A stretch of 64,000 nt of DNA from Geosiphon pyriformis uo1. Taxonomy: Eukaryota; Fungi; Glomeromycota. Below are positions 1 through 13,400 of the stretch, piece by piece; positions within the stretch are counted from its first letter, which is position 1, and each line of letters begins with the position of its first letter. The notes beneath the pieces are model-generated. The model ran no database searches and was not told the origin of the DNA. It worked only from the letters and a program-made list of their open reading frames with translations. The stretch lies in the NCBI GenBank assembly GCA_016748015.1, contig JAAOMT010000445.1:248001-312000 (forward strand). Direction: 5' to 3'. A program made the translations under genes and the position numbers.

Positions 1-1263
1 AGATGACAACAAGCCTACCAAGTTGCTCTAGAAAGTCACCAATTTATCCAAGAAGAAGTACAATAAATGCTTAACAATGGGCTTATTCAACCATCAATGA
101 GCCCATGGGCCTTACCTGTGGTCCTAGTTAAAAAGAAAAATGGAAAGATACAATTTTGTGTTGATTACCGACAACTTAATAGTATCACTATTGGGGATGC
201 TTACCCTCTTCTCCAAATTGATGACATGTTGGATGCCCTTGGAAAGTCCAAATACTTTTCAACATTAGATTTAGAGAGTGGATACTGGCAAGTTGCTATG
301 GATCCCAAAGACCACCCCAAAACAGCATTCACCACTCAAAGAGGAAATTACAAGTTCAATGTAATGCCTTTTGGATTATGCAATGCACCAGCAACATTCC
401 AAAGACTTATGGATGTTGTTTACAAAGGCCTCCTTTGGAAATCAGTAGTAGTTTATCTTGATGACACTGATGTTTATTCACCATCTTTTGAGCTATATTT
501 AATTCACCTGCGAGAAGTTTTTCAACGATTATGGAAAGCAGGATTGAAACTGAACATTGAAAAATACTACTTTGGAAAAACAAGTTTAGCTTTTTTTGGT
601 CACATTGTTAGCAAAGATAGAATTAAACCAGACTTCAGAAAAATCAGTACTGTTAAGAACTTCAAGACTCCACGAAATACCACAGAATTAAGAGGATTTA
701 TTGGATTAGCATCCTATTACCAAAAATTCATCAAAAGATTCTCAGAAATTGCAAAACCCCTCAACCAGCTCACTACTAAAAATGTCGAATACAAATGGAC
801 AGAAGAACACCAAAATGCCTTCAAAATACTTAAGGAAAAACTCACAACAGCTCCAATTCTCGCCTATCCAGATTTTAGCAACCAATTCCAGTTAGCAACT
901 GACACCTCTTATACTGTCTTTAGTGCCATCCTATCACAGTTAGATGACAATGAAAATGAGCGAGTAATTGTTTATGTTAGTAGAACATTAAAGCCAGCTG
1001 AAAAGAACTACCCCACAACAGAATTAGAAACTGCAGCAGTAATCTGGGCCCTACATTACTTCAATCTTTACTTCAGACCCAAAAAATTTGATATTATTAC
1101 TGATAATATTGGACTTAAATGGCTTCAAAACAAAAACACCTAGCTGAACGCAAAACAAATCCAATGGACAGGATTTTTAGCTAATTACCAATACATCATA
1201 CATCACAAACCAAGAAAACTCCACACCAACGTTGATTATCTCTCAAGAATAAGGCAAGATTAA
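1..1263 (+). pseudogene. pol: Element A reverse transcriptase + RNase H (C-terminal part of Gag-Pol)
   Basis: ORF 67..1143 has FCVDYRQLN, LDLESGYWQV, MPFGLCNAPATFQ, VYLDD and RNase H LATDTS/ELETAAVIWAL. The frame continues past a premature TAG to NVDYLSRIRQD-TAA at 1261-1263. Confidence 0.95.
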
Positions 1264-1312
1264 AAAACAAAACCAACACCCATTTGAATTAACAGCATCA
1301 AAACAACAAACA

Positions 1313-2698
1313 ATGAACCCCGAAAACTACAACAATCTTAAACAATATTTGGAGACATTAACAATCCCAACAGATTGGTTTCCAGATGAAAAACATCGGT
1401 TACAACAACAAGCCAAACAATATTTTCTACACAACAATATTATCTATTATCGAAATTTCAAAAACCCAACCAAATCACTCAGATTAATACAAGAACCAGA
1501 AAAAGAGACCATTTTATACAATATGCACTCGGATTCTTTATCAGCACACTTCGGAAAAGATAGCACCACCCAAAGAACACTAGAATACTACTTTTGGCTT
1601 CGAATAAGAAAAGACATTCACGAATATGTCGAATCTTATGATAGTTGTCAAAGAAGAGGAGGAACTCGTCCTACAAAATCTTTAAATCCAATCAAAGTTG
1701 GACAGCCTTTTGACAGAGTTGGTATCGATTTAGTCAGACCACTATCTATCACCACTCAAAGAAACTGTTATATTGCAGTAGCTGTAAACTATCTTACTAA
1801 ATGGCCTGAAGCCAGAGCCATTCAATGAACAGATGCAAAATCAGTAGCAAATTTCATCTACGAAGACATTATTTGTAGACATGGATGTCCAATTGAACTT
1901 TTATCCGATCAGAGAACACACTTTGTGAACAACCTGATACAAGAAATTTGTGAACAATTTAATGTCAAAAGACCTCTGTCTTTGCTCTACCATCCACAAA
2001 CAAATGGACTTGTGGAACATTTTAACAGAACATTGTGTGAGTTATTAGCCAAAGTCTCAACTGATTTTGAGCAAGAATGGAATCTCTTTATTCTATCAGT
2101 GTTACTAGCATATAGAACATTAAAACAAGATACCACGAAACACACACCATTTGATTTAACTTATGGAAGGACAGCAACGTTATCAATTAGTTTCACAGTG
2201 GAAACATACCCAGTACAACCGATTGATGAAAACAATTTCCAAGAAACGCTTCAGCGAAGAGCCTACACTTTGCTTAGCACATTGGAAGGAAAACAACGAA
2301 TAGCAGCCACCCATATTGAACACTCCCAAGCTCAACAAAAAAAACAGCATGATGACAAATTGTCTTCAGTCACCAATAAATTCAAAATTGGAAACAAAGT
2401 TCTCTTACACAGAACTAAAGCTGAAAAACAATGGAGTGGAAAATTTGAAAATAAATGGGATGGACCATTCTTTATCCATGAAGTCCTAGGCAATGGATTA
2501 TACAAGCTAAGACTTGATGACAAAATCCTAGCAAAAGTTGCACATAGAGATTGTTTGAAACACTATCATTCCAGAAACAATCCTGAACCATTAATTCCAC
2601 AAATTGGTACACATTCCCCTTTGGTCAGTCCCGAAGATATTCCCTGAAACTTAGAACCAATAGTTGTCATTGAACAACCTTCCAACCTGAATACTTAA
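1313..2698 (+). pseudogene. int: Element A stand-alone DDE integrase
   Basis: ORFs 1313..1828 and 1925..2647 are in one frame. Motifs: HHCC remnant (MHSD..AHFG..DSCQ), GIDLV, SDQ, YHPQTNGLVE, KWDGPF (GPY/F). Internal TGA stops. Confidence 0.93.
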
Positions 2699-2813
2699 TT
2701 TAATTTTACTAGTTATTCTCTTATAATTTAGAAACAATCTCACAAAAACAAAACAAAAATAACATAAAAACCCATACACCAAAAATAATTTTTATTTTTT
2801 TCAATTGCTTATA

Positions 2814-3533
2814 ATGACTATTCCTCAAAACATTCAACAATTATCCCAAAAACTAATGTTAGCTTTAAAAACAATACCCATTTTATCTATTACTATTACT
2901 GAAAACCACATTAATTATACCCAAACAGAAGTAGTCATAAATTTAGACCCAAATTCACAAAAATATCACCCATATAAGAAGAACACAAGAAGTTATTCTG
3001 GAATTCACCTGCCAGAACTTTTAAAGCTTGCTTTAAGAGAAAACTTAATACTCACTCCGATTAGTATTCCACCAAATGCTACAATTCAACAAAAACTTCA
3101 ACTGTGTCTCAATGAGGAAAACACTGAATATCCTCCAATCTATAGATATTTTCACATTGGAAAAACACTCTATGAACAGAAACTGGAACTTACAACAGCA
3201 AACCTCACAAAAGAAGCTATTCAGAAACAACTCCACAACGAATTCAAGACAACAGCTGGATCAACAAACAGTCGCTACAGGCTTAGAGCTGCTCTTAGAC
3301 TTTATGACCTATTCCACACCTGTGAAAATGTCCTACAAAACCCAATTTTATGACCTTTGAAGATTTAATACATTAAAAAGCTCACAGAACTGAAATTTCA
3401 ACAATTTTCAGACCAAATTTTTTCAATAATTTTGGATTACTATCTGGAAATTACAGACAGTACTTGGACTTCGACGGAGCTCAGTCTTGAGGAGGAGGTT
3501 ATGTTATCAGACAAAATTAGAGATATCATTTAG
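2814..3533 (+). pseudogene. Element A ORF3, ~240 aa protein of unknown function in the env position
   Basis: ORF 2805..3353 plus in-frame continuation. Homologous to the open copies at 32573..33292 and 53198..53905. Stop codon lies inside the 3' LTR. Confidence 0.8.
3489..3501 (+). promoter_or_regulatory. Polypurine tract of element A
   Basis: GAGGAGGAGG-TTA immediately before the LTR start TGTTATCAG. Confidence 0.85.
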
Positions 3534-4486
3534 CATGAAATTATCTCATAATTCCTATCATTAATTAGCATATATTATTGTTTCAAATTATCACTTATTA
3601 CATTAGCAAAGAATGTCCGAAATTATCATTTAATTAATAACCCAAATTGTACACAACACAAATGTAACCTAATTGCGATGATCAATCATGCAATACCCCA
3701 AACTATGTAACATTCAAAAGTTTGCCGAAATTTATAGAAATTTGCCAAAATAATTGATAAGTTCACCGAAATATCTAATAGTTCACAGAAATAACTTGTA
3801 GTTTGCCAAAATGTATCTTTAATTCAGCGAAATTGTAGAAAAATAGCAAAGTTCAAGTTCATAGAATAGTGTTATGACAAGTTGTATAAAAGAAGAGCTT
3901 TTCTCTTCGAGAAAATGTATCTTACTTTAGATTTATTACTTAGAACCAATTCTACACACACAAAAAGAAATAAATACCAAATAATTTGAAAAACCAAATT
4001 CTTTAATTATTGCTCTTGGAAAATCCCCAAAAACCAACTAACATTTCGAAATTGATTAGCTACCAATTTCAGTAAACTGTTAGTGACTCCAGGCCTAAAT
4101 AGAAAACGTTTCTCTTGACAAAAATTCTATTTCTTTTACATTTCTTTTATTTTCTTTTCTTTTCTTATTACAATCATCAGAGTAGCCTACAGACGAGATT
4201 CCTGTAGAAGAGTTGACTTTCACAGCAAAGTAACTACACATTTTTAGTGAGCTTCCAAACAAGCAATTCCTGGAAAAGAGTTGACGTTTACTACAACATA
4301 ACTACATAAAGCAACTGGCACGGAATTGGCCATTCCACTCATAAGCCCAGCAAGTTCAAATTATAGGAGATAATTTGAAGTTAAAAATTCAGTTACTGGA
4401 GGTTCAACCACATCCAGAAAACGTGAATTCACAACAAATAAGTATCAACAACATTACAGAAAAGAGACCAAAAACCTCTGGTAATA
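3502..4486 (+). repeat. 3' LTR of element A (985 bp)
   Basis: TGTTATCAGA...TCTGGTAATA (terminal CA>TA). TATAAAA at 3885, AATAAA near 3969. Matches 31622..32604 and 37659..38641 in reverse. Confidence 0.92.
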
Positions 4487-4902
4487 ATGGCTCATGTTTG
4501 TGTAGTTATATTGTTTTTTTTCACAAATTGTTCAAGTTGTTATAATATTTCTATGTCAAATAATCACTTTGTCTTATCTGTATATAAGTTCTAAATATTT
4601 AAGTATTCTCCCAAGTGAAAGTAACAAAAGTTTCTTGGAAATTGTTGTGTCCATCAATTTCATGTTTCTATTATTAACTCTGGATATTGGGTGACTTTTG
4701 GCTGTGCTTCTATTGCGAATTTTACCTTGGTAATTATTTTTTCAATAGTGTTTTCTGTTTTTCTCTATATTGTCTTTCATGGTTTCTTTTTGGTGTTTTT
4801 GTATCTAATGGTTTGTTGATTAATTGTAATTTTCATTTTTTGTTGTTGGATTAGTTGAAATAGTTGTTGTGCTAGTAAGTGGATGTTATCAGTAATTTCT
4901 AT
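4487..4902 (-). pseudogene. Element B ORF3 (truncated by element A)
   Basis: Translates (M)EITDNIHLLAQQLFQLIQQQKMKITIN, homologous to the ORF3 N-termini of C and D. Confidence 0.65.
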
Positions 4903-4964
4903 TTTTTTAATGTTGCTTTTGTTGCATATACTGTGTTTTTATATACTTTTTTGGTTGTTCAATT

Positions 4965-6341
4965 TTACGTGTTTGGTTCAATGATTATGATTGGTTCTAA
5001 ATCTCATGGAATCTTATCTGGTTGAACTAGTATTTTTTGTATTCCCAATTGTAAAATATTACTGGTGAGTGATAATATTACATGGTAATATGGTTTCAAT
5101 CAATTACTATGTACTGCTTTAGTTAAAATTTTGTTGTTCAATCTTAATTTATAAGCTTCATTTTCAAAAATTTCTTTTATGTGAAATAGTCTGTTCTATT
5201 TGGGGTCTAATTTTCTATTCTATTGTTTTTCTACTTTGGTATAATGTAAAAATACTTTGTCTCTAATCTTGAATTTAACTGGTTTATCTGGTAGTTGGTT
5301 ATTGTGTCTTTCTTTTTGTTTCTCTTGTAACTTTTGAATGTTGTCAGCTGCTTTTTATCATTTGTTTTCTAGAGTTTTTATTAAATTATATGTTCTTCTC
5401 AACAATGTTCTTTGAAATTTTTTTTCTGTTATTGGTTTTGTTAGATATGTTTTGACTTTTATCTTAACTGGTAATGTTGTTGTTCTATTATATACTAATT
5501 TAAATGGTGTTGTTTGTGTAGTGTCTTGCTTTATTGTCCAATAAATAAATAATACTGATGATATAAACAAATCCCATTTATCCTGATTTTTTTGGCTAAT
5601 CTTGGCTATTGCTTTACATAATGTTTTGTTGAATTTTTCAACTAACCCATTTGTTTGTGGATGATATGATAATAATAATGGTCTTTTGATTCCAAATCTT
5701 TGACTTAGTTCTGCTAATGTTCTATTCACAAAGTGAGTTCCTTGATCAGATAACAATTTTTTTAGACATCCATATTAGCAAATTAAATCTTGATAAACAA
5801 ATTCTGCAATAGATTCTGCATCTGCTCTTTGAATGGCTTTTGCTTCTGGCCATTTAGTAAAATAATTTATGGTTACTGCAATATATTTGTTGTCTCTACT
5901 GATTATTGTTAATAGTCTAACTAAATCAATTCCAATGCAATTGAATGGTTGTCTTACTTTAATTGGTCTTAATGGTTTACTGGGTTTTGTTTCACCTCTT
6001 CTTTAACAAGCATCACAATTTTGAACATATTAAATGATGTCTGGATATATTGATGGCCAATAATATCTTTTTCTGATTTTTTTCATGATTGCTTCTTTAT
6101 GAAAATGTTCTGCTGTTGGATTTGAATACATGTTAAACAATATTGTCTCTTTCTCTGATTTTGTAATTACTCTGATTAGTTGATCTGAATTTTTTTTGTT
6201 CTTCTGGTAAAGTATATTTTGATGATTGATAAAATATTTTAATTGTTGTTTTATGTTATTTTGTTCTTTTTGAGATAATTTTTCCTTAAACAATTGGGTA
6301 TTTATATAATATTAGAGTTGTTGGTATTTTTGTATATTTAT
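4965..6341 (-). pseudogene. int: Element B integrase (degenerate)
   Basis: ORFs 5358..5756 (LSDQGTHF, YHPQTNGLVEKFN) and 6030..6293. Confidence 0.9.
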
Positions 6342-6375
6342 CTTTTTGTTATATTTTTTGGTTTGAAATGTTTTT

Positions 6376-9300
6376 TTAGATTTGTCTCATTTGTGACAAA
6401 CTGTTAGCATTTCCGTTTTTTTTTCTTTTTTTGTAATGTACTGTATAATTAAATAGTGAAAGTTTTATTTTTCATTTAGCATGACAATTGTTTCCAAATT
6501 TTTGCTTCTGGATTGAAGTCAATTCTTTGTGATCAATGTATACATCAAACTTTTGACTCAAGTATTTTTTCTATTTAATGACAGCCCAATAAATAGCTAA
6601 GTGTTCTAGTGCTGGAGTTCTATAGTTTTTTTTAGCTGGACTTAAGCTGTAACTAGCATATGCTACTGGATGTTCTTTTCCATTTAGTCCTTTCTAAAAT
6701 ATTACTGCTCCTAATACTTGACCAGATGCATCAGTGGTAATGATGAATGGTTTGCTGTGATCTGGATAAATTAATATTGGGACCTGAATAAGTTTTCTTC
6801 TTAGGGTGTCAAAAACTTTTTGTTGGATTTCAGTCCATTTGTATTTGGTGTTCTTTGTTTGGAGTTGATGTAATAGTTGAGCTATTTTGAAAAAGTTTTT
6901 GATAAAGTGGTGGTAATATCTAGCAAATTCCAAGAATGTTCTTAATTCCATGAGATTATTTGGTACTAGAAAGTTCTTAACAATCTCAATCTTATCTGGA
7001 TCTGTTTTGATACTATCTTTGTTTACAACATGTCCCAAAAACTTGAGTTCTGTTTTGCCAAAGAAGCATTTGTTTGCATATTATTTTAATTTTGCTTATC
7101 TGAGTCTTTTAAATACTTATTGGAGATGATGCAAATGATTATTGAATGTTTTTGAAAACACATTGGTGTTATTCAAATATACAATTACTAATTTCTATAG
7201 CAGTTTAGTATAAACAATTTTTATGAATCATTGAAATGTGGCAGGAGCATTCATCAAACCAAATGGCATAACTTCAAATTCAAAATTCACTTCTTGTGTT
7301 GTAAAAGTTATTTTCTTTTTATCTTTTAGTTTCATGGCTACTTGTTAGTAACTATTATCTAAGTCTAAAGTTGAGAACCATTTCTTTTCTCCAAAAGCAT
7401 CAAACAGTTTTTGGATCTTTGGAGTTGGGTAGTAATCTCCTTTTGTTACTCTATTTAGTTTTCAGTAATCCACACAAAAGTGGATTTTTCCATTTTTCTT
7501 ATGGACTAGTACTACTGGTAATGACCATGTGCTCATTAATGACTGAATTAACCCATTATTAAGCATCCAATTGATTTCTTGACAAATGATCTCATGGCTG
7601 GCTGGTAGTACTTTGTATGCTTTTTGTTTAATTACATCTCCAGTCTTAATCTGATGCTAGATTATGTTAGTTCTGCCAAACTTATTTTCACTTGCAAAAA
7701 TGTCAGTAAAGTTGTTGAGTAACATTTTGAGTTGTATTTGTTAAAGTGAGTCTAAGTTTCCCATGTTCATTTGTTCCAATTGTTTTGATTGGAGTAGATA
7801 ACATTCTTTTCATCTGTATATTGTTTGAGATGTGATATCTACATATCTGCACAGTTGTAGAAAATCTGGAATGGCATTCAGTAGTTGGTTTTTAATTTTG
7901 GTGGTTAGATATTCAATAGTAATTTTTTCTGGTATCTCGATGATATTTCCTGTGTTGTTGTAAATAGAAATTTTGATGTAACTGTGGTTTTTGGCTGGTA
8001 TGTATAGATTGACTAATCCAATCTCTCTTAATTCACAAAAGATTGCTTCTGCTTCAAAAATTTAAACCTAATCCTTTACTTTTCTCTCTATAGTTACTAT
8101 GTACTAGTTATATGGTGGAATGAAAATTGATTGACAGGTAAAGATAATTTCTCCTTTGTCAATAACTTTTTCTTCTGCCATATTAACTAGTACATCTATT
8201 CTACTCATTAATCTGAATTTTTGTATCTCTCTAGCTGTAATTCTTAATTCTTTTCTGTTTTTCACTAATACTAATTGAACTATTTTAACCAGAGGCAGAA
8301 ATATTGCCTGTGTTATTTTTTTGTTTGGTTCAATTATATAGGCCTTTTCTGAGTTATTTTGCAGTATTGCAATAATATTTCCTACATATCCTGCATCAAT
8401 TATTCTTTTTCTGATGTTGATTCTTTTTTTGCTAAGCTACTCCTAGATGTTAGTTGAACCATTGTTATTGCTGGAATTTTCAGTGCTACTTTGAGATCAA
8501 TGCAAGTGCATGAATGTGATTCCAATTTGATGGCATTTTTTCTCAGATATCTCAAATCAAATTTTGCATTAGTATTATGCATGCATTCTGGCATAATACC
8601 TTCATTATTATCACTGAACCATCTTAGTTCCTGTTCCTTAGTAAGATCAGGGAGTGCAATGTATTGTTCAGAGTTTGAATCGAAGTTTGAATTATTGTTA
8701 TTTTTATTGCCATTTTAAACAGAGCTGGAACTGCTGTTTTTATTGTTGTTATTGTCAGAGTTTGAATTGGGATTGAATGGTAATTCTAATTCTGATGTGC
8801 AGCTGTTAATTAGTTCCTTTTCTTTTAGGATCATGTAGATTATGTATGGTGGTGAATTGTAAATGAGGTCATATTCATTACAATATTGGAAGTTACAAAG
8901 AATCAAACAATGGTCACATAGTTGTGTATTTATTTTTTTCAACCATTATTCTTGTTCTTTTCAAATGAGTGCTAATTCTTGGTAGTGCTTGTGGAATTGT
9001 TTTGAATTTATAGGCTCTAGAATAATATCTGGGTTTGGGTCCCAGTTGAATTCTATGAGTTCTAGTGAATTGTTTTTGATCATTTTTATTTCTTCTGGTG
9101 ATGCTTCTTTGATTTTGACAAGTGCCATTTATCAGATTTTGTTATTGTCATGTGGACAGCCATCCAAACATCTGACTGCTCATTTCCAGGTAGCATCTAT
9201 GGATGTTTTTTTTCTTACCCAGTTGTTTATAAGAATTATGTACTGACACAATTTATTACATATTTCCCCTCATCTAGGAATGTCATTTCACATTCTTTTG

Positions 9301-9683
9301 TCTAGAAAAGTCTCTCCACAAGCAAAACATGGCTTATTATTCCATTTCTCTTGTTTTTTTGGTTGGCCAAAATGTTCAAAGATACATGGGTGGCAATAAA
9401 ACTTTGTTGTGGTTTGCTATTTCTTATTGTTGCCACAGTATGCACCCATTGTGAACAATTTCTTACTGCAATCATTGCATATTAGCTTGGATCAATGGTA
9501 ATTGGCCTGTGGTTGGAGTGCCAAATATGAAATATATATAGAAATGGTGGCTTGTGTGTTTTCATCTTTTCTTTCTCTCCCTTTTTCCTTTTCTTTTCAG
9601 GTCAAAATTGGTGGTAGCTTATTGTGGTCTTTGTCAGTCCAGGAAACTTGATAAGCTTTCCAGGTAGGTTTTTTTTTTGTCAT
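6376..9683 (-). pseudogene. pol: Element B Pol segment: Cys-rich region, dUTPase, RT, RNase H (degenerate)
   Basis: ORFs 6694..7038 (ITTDASG), 8400..8594 (dUTPase AKFDLRY, SRSSLAKK) and 8715..8942 (CDHCLILCNFQYCNE). Confidence 0.9.
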
Positions 9684-10427
9684 TGTTATTCATAAAAAAA
9701 AAAAGAAAACAAATATAGAAAATAGTAGACCAATAAGTGAGTAGTAGTTAGCATATGAGCACATTGTTCAGCAATATGGAGCAATATCAAAAATTATAGC
9801 ACATTGCTCGAGAATGTGAGCGATTTCGTAGAACCCAAATTATGTATATATAGCAGTAGTGCTAGAAGTAGAAAGAGCAGAATCCATTAGTTAGAAACCT
9901 TCCACATTACAAATATCAATAAATAATTATTCACTATCTCAATTCACTTATCACTATCAACACTTCATGTTGATAATAATTAATACTTAACTCCACTAGA
10001 ACAATAGCTCTTGATTATGGCTATTGACAGAATACTAACTTGTGCATTGCCTTGGCTTATTTCTTTATTTTCTTTTCTTTTATTTTCTTTTCTTTCTTTG
10101 ATTTTATTGTTGTATACTAATCAATTGAGAATTAAAGCGCTGAGATACAGACATTATAGTGACTGGTAAAAGACCCATAAAACAAGGGTAGAACACTTAT
10201 AAATTTGAGGATAGCTTACCAGGAGGATTACCAGCCATCATGCTGAGAAAAAAATTTGACAAAACTGCGGTTTTGGGAAGCTACGGATAAATTCATCAAT
10301 TAACTCTCTGTCCATTATACAAAGAACTCCACAACAAAACCTTCAGATATCAGCTCCAGAATACCAACCAAGCACCAAATTACGGATTTGTTATTTGATT
10401 TAAGATCCCAAATAATCATCTGTAACA
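9684..10427 (+). repeat. 5' LTR of element C (744 bp)
   Basis: TGTTATTCAT...TCTGTAACA, TATATATA at 9845, followed by the PBS. Confidence 0.92.
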
Positions 10428-10429
10428 TT

Positions 10430-10445
10430 TGGTGCTCCCTGTGAA
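10430..10445 (+). promoter_or_regulatory. Primer binding site of element C
   Basis: TGGTGCTCCCTGTGAA 2 nt after the LTR, complementary to a tRNA 3' end ...CACAGGGAGCACCA. Confidence 0.85.
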
Positions 10446-10489
10446 GTATAATCCTACAGAGAACCAGCACCAATAACATCATTTAAACA

Positions 10490-13400
10490 GTGACAGAATC
10501 TGAAGAAATAGGAACAAACCACTTAGAATTTGTGAAATCCTTATTCCAACACTATCATACTCATCTTGGATTAACAAATAATAGTTGGCCAACAGAATCA
10601 GCTTTCAATTGCTACATCAACAAAAGAATAGTATATTACTTGGGAGGCCAAGAAGATCCAGAACCCACCTTCAACAACTTCTTTAGTGAATTGCTTCAAA
10701 GCACCACCCTTCCACAAAACTATCTATTTGCACCCCTAATTACAGAAATAAACAGAGAAATTGAAAAATACACCAAGCAGAAATTTCCCATCACTTTTGT
10801 AGACAAAGACAAAAGAAGACTACAAACACCAGCAGGAACACCAAAGCAAATCCAACTACTCACTTGGAAGAAACAAAGGTTTGATTTACCTGCTAATCCA
10901 TCATATTACCACATACCCGGAAGCATTATCAATATAATAAACACAGCTACAATAAGTATGACAATGCCATTAAACAAAATCCCATTCCAAAGTAAACAAA
11001 AGAAAGCAGAGTTATTAGAAACATATGGCAATTATTTCAAGGGATTCAAATCATGATCTCCAATGCCATCAGAAATTTGATCACTACCACCACAACCAGA
11101 TTTCGGAGCCATTAGCCCTTGGGAAATAACAGACTCTGAGGAAGAAGAGAGTAGTGATCAGAAAATTAATAAACAAAACCTGATCCTAGAAAACTTGGAA
11201 ATTAAAACTCCAGTTAATCAAACTTCGAAAAATCAGAATAATCAAAATTCCAATGTAATTAATCAACACTTACCTCCAGTAATTGTGATCAATCTACCAC
11301 CAGCTCTACCAAATGCTGAACAGCAACAACAGCCACAACTGCTACCTCAACAAATCCAGCAGCAATCACAACAACAACCAATGGCTTATGCTCTAATTGC
11401 CAAAATCAAGAAATTTACCAGTGAAGAGAATGCAAGTATGGCTCAACAATATGGAAAAAACCATTGCAGCCAATAGATGGAATGATGACAGAGCTCTTCA
11501 AGTAATTCCCTATTTTCTACAGAATACTGCCAACTCATAATATTAGAGTTTAGCTGTTAAATCTCAAACATTCCAGGAATTCAAAACTGCATTTTTGGGC
11601 TATTTCAATAATAATAATAGTATTAATCGGCTAGCAAACACTTTCACCACTATTAAACAAGGGGAAAATGAAGCAGTTACTACTTATTTAGAATGCTTTC
11701 ATAGGAATCTGTGCCAAATTCAAGCAATCCAGACTGACTATTTTATAGTGCCCCAAATCCTAACCAATTTATTAAAGGTCTGCACAGTAGCATCCTCCAA
11801 TGCATACATCTAATGCATCCAGCAGACCTTCAAGCTACAGTTACCAATGTCTGAGATTTTGAATTGGCAGGACTCGAAGCAAACCATGCCCAAGCTGTTA
11901 ATCTAGTGATGAATGGATCATTTGAATTGGATTCCAAATTGAAACAATTCAGTGATTCAATTAATCAAAAATTAGAAGGATACTTAGCTGACAATTGTGC
12001 AATTTATTAACCATTACAACAACACAATAATTCAGAAAACAATTCATGTTTCCAAAATCAGTTGTGTCCATCATCATCTCCAAATCAGCCATGGCAACAA
12101 GAGATGCGTGTCTGCCATAACTGTGGTAAACAAGACCACATTAGAGCTAACTGCCAATTTTATAATAATAACCAATGATTGGGAAATCAATATCGAAACC
12201 CCAATTGCCAGTTCCCAACTCCGAGTTATCAATTCAACTCAGCACTATATCAACTGACTTACCTGCCAATAATGCAACAGCCAATATATCAACCACCTGT
12301 ATATCAACCTCCAATTTATTAACCACAGCCACTGATAATATATCAATTACCACAGCCACAAATAATTTATCAGACACTCACAGTTCAAACACTGCCATCA
12401 AACTTAGCTTAAATAACAGCAAGAAACCCTAGATCAAGAGTCACCCAAAACTGGAGATTGGTGATAGTTGTTTACCAACCAATCTCCAGTTCATCCAACC
12501 AGCCATCAGGATTACAACAGCAGAGTTCAGAAACTGGGTATACTCAAAACCCAAGTTCCCAGAACTATTTAAGTCTTCTAGTTATCCCAGAAGACGCCTC
12601 ACCCAACACTTGAGAACCCAAACAGAAGCAATCACTTATCAATATTCTGCCAGCCACTGTCATGAAAGACGAGTCTCTAGTAGCTATATTTCCTTTCAAA
12701 ATCGAGAAACTGACAGAAACCTCTTTGTTCAGTGGAGCTGCACTTGAGGAAAAACTTATCATGGCAATGTACACAGATGCCAAAATTAATAGTCAGTTTA
12801 TTAAACTGATCCTAGATAGTGGATCAGCTGGCAGCATTATTACAAAACAACTCATGAACCAATTAGGTCACCAAGTTGATTGAGCTGCCAGCACATGAAT
12901 CATCACAGCTGATGGAGCAACAAAAACTTTTATTGACAAAATTAATGACTTTCTTATAAAAATTAATGGCATTACTGTGCCAATCAAAGTATTAGTCATA
13001 GAAGTCATGCAATATTAAGCCCTCATTGGTAATGACTGGCTGTTTAAAACCAATACAATACTTGATTAGAACATGCAAGAGCTCCAATTCAGCCAAAATG
13101 GTCAACACACACAAGTACCAGCTACATGTGACCATTTCAAAATTCTCAACATGCCAGCACCCCTTATCGAATTTGAGGAAGAAAAAAAGAAACCTACCTG
13201 GAAAGCTTATCAAATATCCTGGGCTGATGAAAATCACAATGAACTACTGCCTATACTCTTCTGGGACAACAATGGCAAAGGAAAACAGAAGAAGATTAAA
13301 CTTACCTGAAACACCAACCAAGACTGAGAAAATAACAATGACTCAAATGAACTACCAAGCTGGGAATGAGAAGAAAACAATAAGAAGAAAGAAGAAGACC

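Larger units (their letters stand above)
1..4486 (+). mobile_element. Ty3/Gypsy LTR retrotransposon A (5' part outside window), inserted in ORF3 of element B
   Basis: RT-RNaseH, integrase, ORF3, PPT and 3' LTR in Gypsy order. The LTR is closely similar to the element F LTRs. Right flank ATGG. Confidence 0.95.

Noticed and set aside
2400-2698. Chromodomain at the integrase C-terminus
   Set aside because: After GPY/F only a short Pro/Ile-rich tail follows; no YLVKW-G/WEP pattern.
2814-3533. ORF3 as a retroviral env gene
   Set aside because: About 240 aa with no visible signal peptide, furin site plus fusion peptide or transmembrane anchor.
10428-10446. tRNA genes at the TGGTGCTC motifs
   Set aside because: Only 11-17 nt complementary to a tRNA 3' end, always adjacent to a 5' LTR, so they are PBSs.
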